Source: Gemmatimonadales bacterium
GTDB lineage: Bacteria; Gemmatimonadota; Gemmatimonadetes; Gemmatimonadales; GWC2-71-9
Length of the DNA stretch: 64,000 bases
Assembly: GCA_035549935.1 (NCBI GenBank)
Contig: DASZPT010000151.1
Coordinates: 967 to 64,966 of the forward strand
Direction of reading: 5' to 3'
Of this stretch, positions 1-9,304 are shown in pieces (within the stretch, counting starts at the first letter, position 1; each line of letters begins with the position of its first letter). Below the pieces are notes generated by a model that was not told where the DNA came from, ran no database searches, and saw only the letters and a list, made by a program, of their open reading frames with translations. Made by a program: the position numbers and the translations under genes.

Positions 1-1
1 C

Positions 2-382
2 CGCAAGGTCCTCGGGCACATCATGCGGATGCGGCTCCAGGAGACCTTGGAGTTCGCGCTGGACGAGATCACCCGCGCGGGCTACCACCAGCGGCTGCCG
101 GCCGGGGTGGTGCTCACCGGCGGCGGGGCGCAGACCCCGGGCATCGTGGAGCTGGCGCGCGAGGTCTTCGCGATGCCGGTGCGGGTGGGAAAGCCGGGGC
201 AGAACCTCGCCGGCCTCACCGACAGCGTGGAATCGCCCCGCTCGGCGGTGGTGGCGGGGCTCGCCCTCTACGGATCACGCCAGCTGGTGCAGGGCGCCAG
301 CTTCGGCTCGGGCAAGCGCAGGTCGCAAGCGATGGAAAAATGGGTGATGCCGGTACGGCAATGGCTGCAGGACTTCTTCTGA
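2..382 (+). CDS. ftsA: cell division protein FtsA, C-terminal part (5' end outside window)
   Basis: Frame open to the window edge. Actin-like ATPase C-terminal region ([28 protein letters not shown]). Sits directly upstream of ftsZ. Confidence 0.9.
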   Translation, partial: RKVLGHIMRMRLQETLEFALDEITRAGYHQRLPAGVVLTGGGAQTPGIVELAREVFAMPVRVGKPGQNLAGLTDSVESPRSAVVAGLALYGSRQLVQGASFGSGKRRSQAMEKWVMPVRQWLQDFF

Positions 383-407
383 TCCCCGACGGGCGAGAGG
401 ATACCCC

Positions 408-1577
408 ATGATCTTCGAGCTGGAAGAGAGCGGCGCGCAGAACGCCCGCATGAAGGTGATCGGCGTCGGCGGCGGCGGCGGCAACGCCGTCAACCGGATG
501 ATCGAGGAGCAGCTCCAGGGGGTCGAGTTCATCTCGGTGAACACCGACTCGCAGGCGCTCACCAACTCGAAGTCCGACGTGAAGATCCAGATCGGCCGCA
601 AGCTTACCCGCGGGCTGGGCGCGGGGGCCCGCCCGGAGATCGGGCGCCAGGCGATCGAGGAGAACCGGGACGACGTCCTGCAGGCGCTCCAGGGCGCCGA
701 CATGGTCTTCGTCACCTGCGGCATGGGCGGCGGCACCGGCACCGGCGCGGCGCCGATCATCGCGCAGATGGCGCGGGACATCGGGGCCCTGACCGTCGGC
801 ATCGTGACCAAGCCCTTCCTCTTCGAGGGGAAGAAGCGGATGCGCCAGGCGGAGATGGGGATCGCCGAGATGCGCAACTCGGTCGACACGATGATCGTGG
901 TGCCGAACGAGCGGCTCCTCGCCGTGGTGGGGAAGGGGATTCCGTTCCAGGACTCGCTCAAGAAGGCGGACGAGGTCCTGCTGCAGGCCACCCAGGGCAT
1001 CGCCAACCTGATCACCAAGACCGGCATCATCAACGTCGACTTCGCCGACGTGCGTACCATCATGCAGAACGGCGGCTCCGCCCTCATGGGGACCGGTGTC
1101 GGCCGGGGGGAGAACCGGGCGATGGAGTCGGCCCAGCAGGCGATCTCGAGCCCGCTGCTCGACAACATCTCGATCGCCGGCGCCAACGGGGTGCTGATCA
1201 ACATCACCGGCGGCAACGACCTGACCCTGGGCGAAGCGACGACGATCAACGACATCATCCACGACGCGGTGGGCGACGAGGCCGAGATCATCTTCGGCGC
1301 CGCCACCGACCCGTCGATGCAGGGCGAGGTGCGGGTCACCGTCATCGCGACCGGCTTCGACCGGGTGGCGGAGCAGCCGGTGGCCCCGGCCCAGCCGGCC
1401 AAGCCGGCGCCGGGCGTCATCAATTTCCCGAGCGGGAAGCGGGTGACAGCGCCCCAGCCGCAGCCGCCCGCCGCCCCGGTCCAGCCGCCGGCCCGCCCCG
1501 ACGCGCGCCGTACGCCGAACCCGGGCGATGTGCCGGAGATGGAGATCCCGACGTTCATCCGCCGGCAGATGGACTGA
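408..1577 (+). CDS. ftsZ: cell division GTPase FtsZ
   Basis: 389 aa with [13 protein letters not shown] and tubulin signature [21 protein letters not shown]-like motif upstream of the ATG. Confidence 0.98.
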   Translation: MIFELEESGAQNARMKVIGVGGGGGNAVNRMIEEQLQGVEFISVNTDSQALTNSKSDVKIQIGRKLTRGLGAGARPEIGRQAIEENRDDVLQALQGADMVFVTCGMGGGTGTGAAPIIAQMARDIGALTVGIVTKPFLFEGKKRMRQAEMGIAEMRNSVDTMIVVPNERLLAVVGKGIPFQDSLKKADEVLLQATQGIANLITKTGIINVDFADVRTIMQNGGSALMGTGVGRGENRAMESAQQAISSPLLDNISIAGANGVLINITGGNDLTLGEATTINDIIHDAVGDEAEIIFGAATDPSMQGEVRVTVIATGFDRVAEQPVAPAQPAKPAPGVINFPSGKRVTAPQPQPPAAPVQPPARPDARRTPNPGDVPEMEIPTFIRRQMD

Positions 1578-1611
1578 GCGGCTGGCAAGGACTCGGTCCA
1601 CCATGAACAGC

Positions 1612-1692
1612 TCAACGCAGAGGCGCAGAGAACGCAGAGGGCCGCCGAGGGCCCTCTGTGAACCCTGCGTCCTCCGCGTCTCCGGTTTGAAG
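1612..1692. repeat. CGCAGAG-type hairpin repeat, copy A1 ('empty', 5-nt loop)
   Basis: TCAACGCAGAGGCGCAGAGAACGCAGAGGGCC / loop / GGCCCTCTGTGAACCCTGCGTCCTCCGCGTCTCCGGTTTGAAG. Fills the ftsZ-M23 intergenic gap. Confidence 0.85.
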
Positions 1693-1694
1693 TC

Positions 1695-2999
1695 GTGATG
1701 ACGGCCGACCACAAGACCCTGGTGCGAAGCGCCCTGGGGTTCGCCTGCTCGGTGATGATCCTCGGGGCCGCCGGGTTCTTCGCCATGCGCGGCGCCTGGC
1801 CCTGGCGCACCGAGCCGGTCCGCCCGGTGACGGTGCAGGAACTCTTCAGCGAGACCCGCGACACCCTCCGCCGGGGCGAGACCCTCTCCGCCCTCTTCGT
1901 CCGCCAGGGCTTCGACGGCTTCCAGATGAGCCAGAGCGCCACCGCCGGCATCTTCGAGCCGCGGCGGCTGCGGCCCGGGCTGGTGTTCAGTTTCCTGCGC
2001 AAGTCGAACGACTCGGTCCCCACCAAGGTGGTCGTCCGGATGGGGCGCGATCAGCGGGTGGCGCTCCACCTCCTCAATGACGGCTGGTGGCCCGAGGCGG
2101 AGCCGGTCGAGTGGCGGTCCGAGCCGGTGACCCTCTCGGGACGGATCACCACCTCGCTCTACAACGCGCTCGACGACGAGGTGAGCGATTCGCTGCTCTC
2201 CCTGCCCGAGCGCATCCGCCTCGCCTGGGACCTCGCCGATATCTTCGCCTGGCAGGTGGACTTCAGCCGCGATATCCGCCCGGGTGACCATTTCCGGGTG
2301 CTGGCGGAGCGGCTCACCTCGGAGGAAGGGGAGGTGCGCTACGGCCGGGTGCTGGCCGCCGACCTCGAGATCGGCGGGGCCTCGTTCGACGCCTATCGCT
2401 TCACCACCCCCGACGGGGTCTCGGCCTTCTACGACCGCGAGGGGCGCTCGCTCCGGCGGGCCTTCCTGCTCGCGCCGGTCTCCTTCCGCCGGATCTCCTC
2501 GGGCTTCAACCGCGCGCGGCTTCACCCGATCCTGGGCATCGTGCGGCGGCACGAGGGCATGGACTTCGCCGCCGATCCGGGGACGCCGGTCATGGCGGCG
2601 GGTGAAGGCGTCGTGGTCCGGAGCGGCTGGAGCGGCGGCTACGGGAACCTGATCGAGCTCCGCCACGCGAACGGCATCACCACCCGCTACGGGCACCTCC
2701 GCGCCTTCGCGACGGGGCTCATCCCCGGGCGGCGCGTGACCCAGGGCGAGATCATCGGCTACGTCGGGTCCACCGGCCTCGCCACCGGTCCCCATCTCCA
2801 CTACGAGTTCCGGGTGAACGGCGTCTCGGTCGACCCGCACACCGCGGATCTCGGCACCGGCGACCCGGTCCCCGCCGACCGCCTCCGCGATTTCGAGCGG
2901 GAGCGCGCGCGGCTCGATGCCCTGCTCCTCTGGCCCGAGGGCCCGGTACCGGCGCTCGCCGGTTCGTTCACGACCCCCGTGTCCGGCGCGGCCAACTGA
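1695..2999 (+). CDS. M23/LytM family metallopeptidase, membrane-anchored
   Basis: N-terminal TM segment. M23 zinc motifs HEGMDF and GPHLHYEF. Start is GTG 1695 or ATG 1698. Confidence 0.9.
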   Translation: MMTADHKTLVRSALGFACSVMILGAAGFFAMRGAWPWRTEPVRPVTVQELFSETRDTLRRGETLSALFVRQGFDGFQMSQSATAGIFEPRRLRPGLVFSFLRKSNDSVPTKVVVRMGRDQRVALHLLNDGWWPEAEPVEWRSEPVTLSGRITTSLYNALDDEVSDSLLSLPERIRLAWDLADIFAWQVDFSRDIRPGDHFRVLAERLTSEEGEVRYGRVLAADLEIGGASFDAYRFTTPDGVSAFYDREGRSLRRAFLLAPVSFRRISSGFNRARLHPILGIVRRHEGMDFAADPGTPVMAAGEGVVVRSGWSGGYGNLIELRHANGITTRYGHLRAFATGLIPGRRVTQGEIIGYVGSTGLATGPHLHYEFRVNGVSVDPHTADLGTGDPVPADRLRDFERERARLDALLLWPEGPVPALAGSFTTPVSGAAN

Positions 3000-3021
3000 C
3001 CGGCACTCCCGGTCGCCCTCC

Positions 3022-3738
3022 GTGGATCTCTTCCCCGCAATCGACATCCGTGGCGGCCGGGTCGTGCGCCTGGCGCAGGGCGAGGCCGGGCGCGAAACCC
3101 GGTACCATGATGATCCCGTAGCACAGGCAGAGCAGTTCCTCGCCGCTGGTGCACGCTGGATTCACGTGGTCGACCTCGACCGTGCCTTCGGTTCCGGGAA
3201 CAATCTTGCGGCGATCCAGGCCATCGCGTCTCGCGTCGGAACGCGGGTGCGCATCCAGGTGGGCGGTGGCCTCCGTTCGCTCGACGCACTCGACGCGGTG
3301 CTCGGGCTGGGTGTCGCGCGTGCCGTCCTCGGCACCGCCGCGGTCACCGAGCCGGCGCTGGTGCCGGCCGCGATCCGGGCCGCGGGCGCCGAGCGGGTAG
3401 TGATCGGTCTCGACGCGAAGCGGGGGATGGTCGCGATTCGCGGGTGGGTGGAGACCACCGATCTGCGGGTCGACGAGGTCTGCCGCCGGGTGCTGGGCGA
3501 GGGCGCGAAGACGATCGTCTACACCGATGTCGCGCGGGACGGGATGCTCAGCGGCCCCGATGTCGAGGGCGCGAAGGTATTGAGCGCGATGGGGGCCGCG
3601 GTGATCGCGAGCGGCGGGGTGAGCTCGCTCGACGATCTGCGGGCCGCGAAGGCGGCGGGCCTCGCCGGCGCGATCGTCGGGCGGGCGCTGTACGAAGCGA
3701 AGTTCACTCTCGAACAGGCACTTGAGACGACCCGGTGA
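3022..3738 (+). CDS. hisA: phosphoribosylformimino-5-aminoimidazole carboxamide ribotide isomerase (HisA)
   Basis: The typical HisA N-terminus DLFPAIDIRGGRVVRL begins at in-frame GTG 3022. GGGLRS and ASGGVSSLDDL motifs present. The ORF-track start at 2917 would overlap the upstream gene. Confidence 0.9.
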   Translation: MDLFPAIDIRGGRVVRLAQGEAGRETRYHDDPVAQAEQFLAAGARWIHVVDLDRAFGSGNNLAAIQAIASRVGTRVRIQVGGGLRSLDALDAVLGLGVARAVLGTAAVTEPALVPAAIRAAGAERVVIGLDAKRGMVAIRGWVETTDLRVDEVCRRVLGEGAKTIVYTDVARDGMLSGPDVEGAKVLSAMGAAVIASGGVSSLDDLRAAKAAGLAGAIVGRALYEAKFTLEQALETTR

Positions 3739-3744
3739 GCACTG

Positions 3745-3843
3745 ATTCCCGCAGAGGCGCAAAGGCGCAGAGGGCCGCAGAGAGTTGGTCGGACCGCCGA
3801 ATCCTCTGCGGCCCTCCGCGTCTCGGTGCCACCGCGGTGAACC
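3745..3843. repeat. CGCAGAG-type hairpin repeat, copy A2
   Basis: GCAGAGGCGCAAAGGCGCAGAGGGCCGCAGAGA / 19-nt loop / CCTCTGCGGCCCTCCGCGTCTC...CCGCGGTGAACC. Lies between hisA and the vWA membrane gene. Confidence 0.8.
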
Positions 3844-3856
3844 TGCAGGGCGTGGC

Positions 3857-5650
3857 ATGCGTGTGATCCTGGTGGTTGCCGCTGCCGCGGCGGCCGCGTG
3901 GTTCACCTACTGGCGCCTGGAGCAGCTCGGCCGGCGCGGCTGGATCGCCGCCCTCTGCCGCGCGATCGCCTGGGCCGCCCTCGGCGTGCTCCTCCTCGAC
4001 CTGACCTGCGCGGTGAAGCCCGGCCCCGGGGCCCGGCCCCTGGTCCTCCTCGATGGCAGCCTCTCGATGGCGGCCGCCGGCGGCCGCTGGCAGGAAGCCC
4101 GGGACTCCGCCCGGGCGTGGGGCGAGGTCCGTCTCTTCGGCGAGCGCCGTGCGGGCGCTGATTCTCTCCCGACCCTCGGCCGCTCCGATCTCGGCCCGGC
4201 GATCGCCGCCGCCGCCGCGAGCGACCGGCCGGTCATCGTCGTGACCGACGGCGAGCTCGACGACGCGGCCGACCTCGCGCCGGAGGCGCTGGCGCGGGTC
4301 GGGGTCCGACTCTTACCGCGCGTGGCCGGGCCGGACCTCGCCATCCAGCGGGTGCGCGGCCCCGACCGGGTCACCGCAGGTGACACCATCCGGCTCGAGG
4401 CGGAGGTCCGCGCCTACGCGAGCGAGGCCGACAGCGCCCGGGTCGAGGTGCGCCTCGACCAGAAGCTGCTCGCCCGCCGGGCCCTGCGCCTGGGGCGGGA
4501 CGGCGCCGGCACCGCGGTCCTCACCTTTCCCTCCGCCGGCCTCTCCGGCGATCTCCTCTTCCGCGTGAGCCTGGCGGGCCCCGGCGACCGGGAGCCCCGC
4601 GACGATGCCCGCCTCTGGCGGGTCCGGGTGACGCCGACACCGGGGGTCGTCCTGGTGGCGAGCCCGCCGGACTGGGACGCCCGCTATCTCTTCCGCACCC
4701 TTCGCGAGGTGGGCCAGCTCCCGGTGCGGGGCTACGCCCGGTTCGCCACCGGGTGGCGGGCCATGGAAACCCTGGCGCCGGTCGCGGCGGACGAGGTGAG
4801 CCAGGCGGTGCGCCGCGCCGACGTGCTGGTGGTGAAGGGGAGGCTCCCCGAGGGGGTGCGCGAGGCGCGGGCCCGGGGCCGCTGGCTCTGGCCCTCCGGC
4901 GAGGGGGGCGAGACCGTGATTCCCGGCGAGTGGTACGTGAGCGCCCCGTCAGCCTCACCCGTCGCGGGTGCCTTCGTGGGCCAGCCGGTCGATTCCTTCC
5001 CGCCGCTCCTCGAGATCACCCCGATCGAGGCGGGCTCCGGCGAGTGGGTCGGGCTCAACGCCCAGCTCGGCCGCCGCGGCGCCGACCGCCCCATCCTGAT
5101 CGGCGGGGTGCGCGGCGGAACGCGCCAGATCACCACCGCCGCCGAAGGACTCTGGCGCTGGGCCTTCCGGGGCGGCACCAGTGAGCAGGCCTACCGCGCG
5201 CTGGTGGCGCAGGGGCTCTCCTGGCTCCTGGGGGCGGCGGATTCGGCCGGCGGGAAGGCGCGCCCGGTGCGCCCGGTGGTCGGCAACGGACGGCCGGTGG
5301 TATTCGAATGGAGCGGCGGCGGGAGTCCCGAGCCGCTCGGGATCCAGCTCCAGGGTGAGGGCGAGAGCCGCCGCGATACTCTCCGGTTCGACGGCGCCGG
5401 CCGCGCCGAGCTCTGGCTCCCGGTCGGGGTGCGCCGCTACCAGCTCGACGGGGGCGGGACGGGCGTGATCGCGGTGGACACCTGGTCCGAGGAGTGGCTC
5501 CCGCGCCCCGTGACGATCGCGGAGAAGAGCGCGCCGGCAGTCACGACCGCCGGCTTCACCAGCAGCCGCCGGTGGATCTGGCTGTTCGGCCTCGCGGTGT
5601 TCGGGCTGCTGGGGGAATGGGTGGTTCGGCGGCAACTGGGACTTCGCTAG
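3857..5650 (+). CDS. hypothetical membrane protein with vWA-like (MIDAS) region
   Basis: Two N-terminal TM helices from ATG 3857. DxSxS-like LLDGSLSM and VIVVTDGELDD motifs. C-terminal TM (WIWLFGLAVFGLLGEWVV). No recognisable full-length family. Confidence 0.65.
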   Translation: MRVILVVAAAAAAAWFTYWRLEQLGRRGWIAALCRAIAWAALGVLLLDLTCAVKPGPGARPLVLLDGSLSMAAAGGRWQEARDSARAWGEVRLFGERRAGADSLPTLGRSDLGPAIAAAAASDRPVIVVTDGELDDAADLAPEALARVGVRLLPRVAGPDLAIQRVRGPDRVTAGDTIRLEAEVRAYASEADSARVEVRLDQKLLARRALRLGRDGAGTAVLTFPSAGLSGDLLFRVSLAGPGDREPRDDARLWRVRVTPTPGVVLVASPPDWDARYLFRTLREVGQLPVRGYARFATGWRAMETLAPVAADEVSQAVRRADVLVVKGRLPEGVREARARGRWLWPSGEGGETVIPGEWYVSAPSASPVAGAFVGQPVDSFPPLLEITPIEAGSGEWVGLNAQLGRRGADRPILIGGVRGGTRQITTAAEGLWRWAFRGGTSEQAYRALVAQGLSWLLGAADSAGGKARPVRPVVGNGRPVVFEWSGGGSPEPLGIQLQGEGESRRDTLRFDGAGRAELWLPVGVRRYQLDGGGTGVIAVDTWSEEWLPRPVTIAEKSAPAVTTAGFTSSRRWIWLFGLAVFGLLGEWVVRRQLGLR

Positions 5651-5657
5651 CGCCCAG

Positions 5658-5690
5658 CCCTCCGCGTGCTCTGCGCCTCGGTGCTGAATG
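5658..5690. repeat. CGCAGAG-type repeat, solo (reverse-orientation) arm A3
   Basis: CCCTCCGCGTGCTCTGCGCCTCGGTGCTGAATG resembles the right arms of A1/A4. No partner arm found. Confidence 0.7.
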
Positions 5691-5706
5691 CACTTAGATT
5701 TGCGCC

Positions 5707-6630
5707 ATGACCGGACGCATCGGCGAAGCACCCAAGCTCTCTCTCTGGCAGCGCCTCAAGCGCATCGCCCTGACCGACGTCGGCGCGATGGTGCGGGGGA
5801 TGAACGCCGCCGACCTCGAGGCGCTCGAGCGGACGCTTATCGAGGCGGATTTCGGGGTGCAGGCCACCGTGGACCTGGTCCAGACCGTGGAGGACGAGGT
5901 CCGACGCGGGCGCCTCAAGACCGAGGAGGATCTCAAGCGGGCCGTGATCACCCGCCTGACCGCCCTCCTCGAGGTGAAGGGAAGCGACCCCGGCGCCATC
6001 GCGCGTGCCGCCGACGGCGGGCTCACCGTCATCCTCTTCATCGGCGTCAACGGCGTGGGCAAGACCACCTCGGTCGCCAAGGTCGCCCGCCGGCTGCTCG
6101 ACGAGGGGAGAAAGCCTCTTCTTGCGGCCGCCGACACGTGGCGGGCCGGCGCCGTGGCGCAACTCGCCACCTGGGCCGACCGGCTCAAGGTTCCCTCGGT
6201 GCTCGGCGCCCAGGGGGGCGATCCCGCCGCCGTCGCCTTCGACGCGCTGGAAGCCGCCCCCGGCCGCGGCGCCGACACCGTCCTCATCGACACCGCCGGC
6301 CGGCTCCATACCCAGGAAGGGTTGATGGAGGAGCTCCGCAAGGTGGCGCGCGTCATCGCCCGCAAGAGGCCCGGCGCGCCGCACGAGACCCTGCTCGTCC
6401 TCGACGGCACCGTCGGCCAGAACGCGATCCAGCAGGGCCGGCTCTTCTCACAGGCGGTCCAGCCCACCGGAATCATCGTCACCAAGCTCGATGGCAGCGC
6501 CCGCGGCGGTGCCGTGGTGGCGCTCCGCAAGGAGCTGGGGCTCCCCATCCGGTTCCTCGGCCTCGGCGAGTCGGTGGAAGACCTGGAGCCGTTCGACCCG
6601 CCCGCCTTCGCGGCAAGGCTGCTTGAGTAG
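5707..6630 (+). CDS. ftsY: signal recognition particle receptor FtsY
   Basis: SRP GTPase motifs GVNGVGKTT, DTAGRLH, TKLDG. Confidence 0.97.
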   Translation: MTGRIGEAPKLSLWQRLKRIALTDVGAMVRGMNAADLEALERTLIEADFGVQATVDLVQTVEDEVRRGRLKTEEDLKRAVITRLTALLEVKGSDPGAIARAADGGLTVILFIGVNGVGKTTSVAKVARRLLDEGRKPLLAAADTWRAGAVAQLATWADRLKVPSVLGAQGGDPAAVAFDALEAAPGRGADTVLIDTAGRLHTQEGLMEELRKVARVIARKRPGAPHETLLVLDGTVGQNAIQQGRLFSQAVQPTGIIVTKLDGSARGGAVVALRKELGLPIRFLGLGESVEDLEPFDPPAFAARLLE

Positions 6631-8692
6631 AGCGCTCCGCCCCGACACGGCGGTGAAGTTCCTGAAGGGCATCGGCGAGCGCCGCGCCGAGTCGTTCGCC
6701 CGGCTCGGGATCGCGACGGCGCAGGACCTCCTCTGGCATATCCCCTTCCGCTATCTCGATGCCTCCTCCGTCACCCCGCTCGCGCGGGCGCGGGTGGGTG
6801 ACGAGGTCGCCTGTGTCGGGAAGGTCATCGCCAAGCGGCTGATGCCCACCCGGAGCGGACTCAGGATTTTCACCGCGGTACTCCGCGATGCGAGCGGGAT
6901 GCTCGAATGCGCCTGGCCGGGACAGGGATTCCTCGACCGCACCATCCTCGAGGGGCAGACGCTGCTCGTCGTGGGCCAGGTCAAGTTCTACCACGGCCGC
7001 CAGCTCAATCCCCGGGAGTTCATCATCCTCGCCGACGCCGGCCAGGAGGGGGAGCCGACGAGTGGGCGGGTCCTCCCGGTCTATCGCGCGACCGAGGGTC
7101 TCTCCCACAAGATGATCCGGTCGCTGATCGACCGGCATCTCGAGGGGATGATCGCCTTCTCGCGCGATCCGCTGCCCGAGGTGATCCCCGCCGGGTTGCA
7201 CCTCAGGCCGCTCCCCGAGGCGCTCCGTGTCGTGCATCGCCCCGCGACCGTCGAGGAGGCGGAGGAGGGGCGGCGGCGGCTCGCCTTCGATGAGCTGCTC
7301 GACCTGCAGCTGATGCTGGCCCGGGCCCGGCTCCTCGCCAAGCGGCCGCGGCAGGGGGTGCGGTTCACTCTCCACCACACTTTCACCCGCCAGCTGGCCG
7401 AATCGCTCCCCTGGCCGCTCACCGGGGACCAGAAGCGCGCCATCCGGGAGATCACCACCGACATGACCTCGGCGGAGCGGATGCACCGGCTCCTCATGGG
7501 CGACGTCGGGACCGGCAAGACGGTGGTGGCGCTCTTCGCGATGCTGCTGGCCCTCGAGAACGACCACCAGGCCGCGCTCATGGCGCCGACCGAACTCCTC
7601 GCCGAGCAGCACCTCGCGACGCTCACGACGCTGCTCGAGCCGCTCGAGATCCGCCCCGAGCTCCTGATCGGCCGGCTCACCACCGCGGAGAAGGCGGCCC
7701 GGCGCAAGCAGCTCGCCGCCGGCCGCGCCCGCCTCGTGGTGGGCACCCACGCGCTCCTCGAGGACACCGTCGCCTTCCAGCGGCTTGGCCTGGTCGTGAT
7801 CGACGAGCAGCACCGCTTCGGGGTGGACCAGCGGGCCCGCCTCATCGGGAAGGGCGACGCGACCGACGTGCTCCTCCTCTCCGCCACGCCGATTCCCCGC
7901 TCGCTGGCGCTCACCCGGTTCGGCGATCTCGATGTCTCGACGCTCAAGGCGAAACCGCCCGGCCGCGGCGCGATCCGCACCGGGGTCCGGACCGAGGCCC
8001 AGCGGGCCCGGGCCCTCGAGTTCGTCCGGGCGCAGTGCCGTGCGGGGCGGCAGGCGTACGTCGTGCTGCCGGTGATCGACGAATCGGAGAAGGTGGACCT
8101 GCGCGCCGCCTCCACCATGGCCGAGCGGCTCCAGGCGGAGTGGCCCGACCTCGCGGTGGGCCTGGTGCACGGGCGGCTCAAGAGCGACGAGCGGGACGAG
8201 CGGATGCGGCGCTTCCGCGCCGGCGAGATCCAGGTGCTGGTGGCGACCACCGTGATCGAGGTCGGGATCGACGTGCCCAATGCCACCGTGATGCTGATCG
8301 AGCATCCCGAGCGGTTCGGCCTGGCCCAGCTCCACCAGCTCCGGGGACGGATCGGCCGCGGCGCGGAGGAGAGCTACTGCATCCTGATGGCGGGGGAGCG
8401 GGTGCCGGAGCGGCTCCGGGCCTTCGCGGCGACGACCGACGGGTTCCGCATCGCGGAACTCGACCTCGAGGAGCGGAAGATGGGGGACCTGATCGGCGAA
8501 CGGCAGGCGGGGAGCTTCGAGTTGCGGCTGGCCCGGCTCCCCGATGACCAGGAACTGCTGACTCTGACGCGGCAGGTGGCGAAGGCGATCCTCGAGGAGG
8601 ACCCGATGCTGCTGCGTCCCCGGCACCAGGGACTCAAGGAGCGGGCCCTCGGCCGCTACCCGCGGGCAGTGGAGCTGTTCCGGACGGGATGA
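6623..8692 (+). CDS. recG: ATP-dependent DNA helicase RecG
   Basis: Helicase motifs GDVGTGKT, DEQHRFG, QLHQLRGRIGRG. Start uncertain (TTG 6623 or GTG 6653). The ORF-track start at 6491 would overlap ftsY by 140 nt. Confidence 0.93.
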   Translation: MSRALRPDTAVKFLKGIGERRAESFARLGIATAQDLLWHIPFRYLDASSVTPLARARVGDEVACVGKVIAKRLMPTRSGLRIFTAVLRDASGMLECAWPGQGFLDRTILEGQTLLVVGQVKFYHGRQLNPREFIILADAGQEGEPTSGRVLPVYRATEGLSHKMIRSLIDRHLEGMIAFSRDPLPEVIPAGLHLRPLPEALRVVHRPATVEEAEEGRRRLAFDELLDLQLMLARARLLAKRPRQGVRFTLHHTFTRQLAESLPWPLTGDQKRAIREITTDMTSAERMHRLLMGDVGTGKTVVALFAMLLALENDHQAALMAPTELLAEQHLATLTTLLEPLEIRPELLIGRLTTAEKAARRKQLAAGRARLVVGTHALLEDTVAFQRLGLVVIDEQHRFGVDQRARLIGKGDATDVLLLSATPIPRSLALTRFGDLDVSTLKAKPPGRGAIRTGVRTEAQRARALEFVRAQCRAGRQAYVVLPVIDESEKVDLRAASTMAERLQAEWPDLAVGLVHGRLKSDERDERMRRFRAGEIQVLVATTVIEVGIDVPNATVMLIEHPERFGLAQLHQLRGRIGRGAEESYCILMAGERVPERLRAFAATTDGFRIAELDLEERKMGDLIGERQAGSFELRLARLPDDQELLTLTRQVAKAILEEDPMLLRPRHQGLKERALGRYPRAVELFRTG

Positions 8693-8735
8693 AAAAAAGG
8701 TAGGCCAGTCGACGAACAGATTGATGGCCCCAGAC
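8693..8735 (-). terminator. weak terminator candidate (T7 tract on the minus strand)
   Basis: The minus strand reads GGCCA-N17-TGGCC TACC TTTTTTT downstream of ORF 8786..9304. A 7-nt homopolymer is unusual at ~70% GC, and the stem is only 5 bp. Confidence 0.3.
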
Positions 8736-8785
8736 CGCTCGCGCACGGCCGTCACCAACCCACCCGCCTGCTGGCCCACCGTCTT

Positions 8786-9304
8786 CTAGAACCGAACCGA
8801 GCCCCTCAGCTGCGTTTCCCGCGGCGTCCAGCGGATCTCCGGGTTGAACGGGATGTTCCGCGGCAGCGACCGGGGCCGGGACAACTCCCAGACGAACAGG
8901 CCCGCGGCGCCGAGCAGCGATGCCTCCCCACCGAACAACCAGTTCCGCGCCCGCTTGTCCGCCGAGACCGACTGCTGGTAGTAGCGCTCGGCTGCCGGAT
9001 CGAGGTACCTGCCGTTGCCGCCCTGGGGGCACCCGCCGGGCTTCGCGTCGCAGTAGCTCGTCAGGCGGCTGAATGCCCGATCGGCATCGTCGTGCGCGTT
9101 GGCCGCCTGAATCCCCATCCCGATCGCGGCCGCCACCAGCGCCCACTTCCCGTACTTGACCAGCACCGGCGACGGGGGCCGCACCAGGGAGTCGGCGGCA
9201 CTCTGGGCCCGGAGCGGCGCGGCCGCCAGCAGGAGCCCGAGCAGCCCCGCCAGGCTCGTCCGTCGCCACCCGGAACTCGGAACTCGGAACCCGGAACTCC
9301 TCAT
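8786..9304 (-). CDS. hypothetical secreted/membrane protein
   Basis: 172 aa. Signal-like LAGLLGLLLAAAPLRAQS follows an N-terminus encoded by the heptamer repeat. ATGA overlap with the upstream beta-propeller gene. No family recognised. Confidence 0.55.
   Translation of the reverse strand: MRSSGFRVPSSGWRRTSLAGLLGLLLAAAPLRAQSAADSLVRPPSPVLVKYGKWALVAAAIGMGIQAANAHDDADRAFSRLTSYCDAKPGGCPQGGNGRYLDPAAERYYQQSVSADKRARNWLFGGEASLLGAAGLFVWELSRPRSLPRNIPFNPEIRWTPRETQLRGSVRF
9270..9299. repeat. CGGAACY heptamer array B1 (4 units, solo arm)
   Basis: CCGGAACTCGGAACTCGGAACCCGGAACTCC. Lies inside codons 2-12 of the minus-strand ORF 8786..9304. Confidence 0.9.

Noticed and set aside
216-3047. 943-aa minus-strand ORF. 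Similar very long antisense or out-of-frame ORFs occur throughout the window (e.g. 6479..8779, 12931..15012, 39741..41864, 47471..49537).
   Set aside because: They lie antisense to, or overlap, genes with unmistakable conserved motifs (ftsZ, recG, alr/deoB, ribBA, ptsI). Their translations are low-complexity and R/G/P/A-rich, as expected from stop-codon depletion at ~70% GC.
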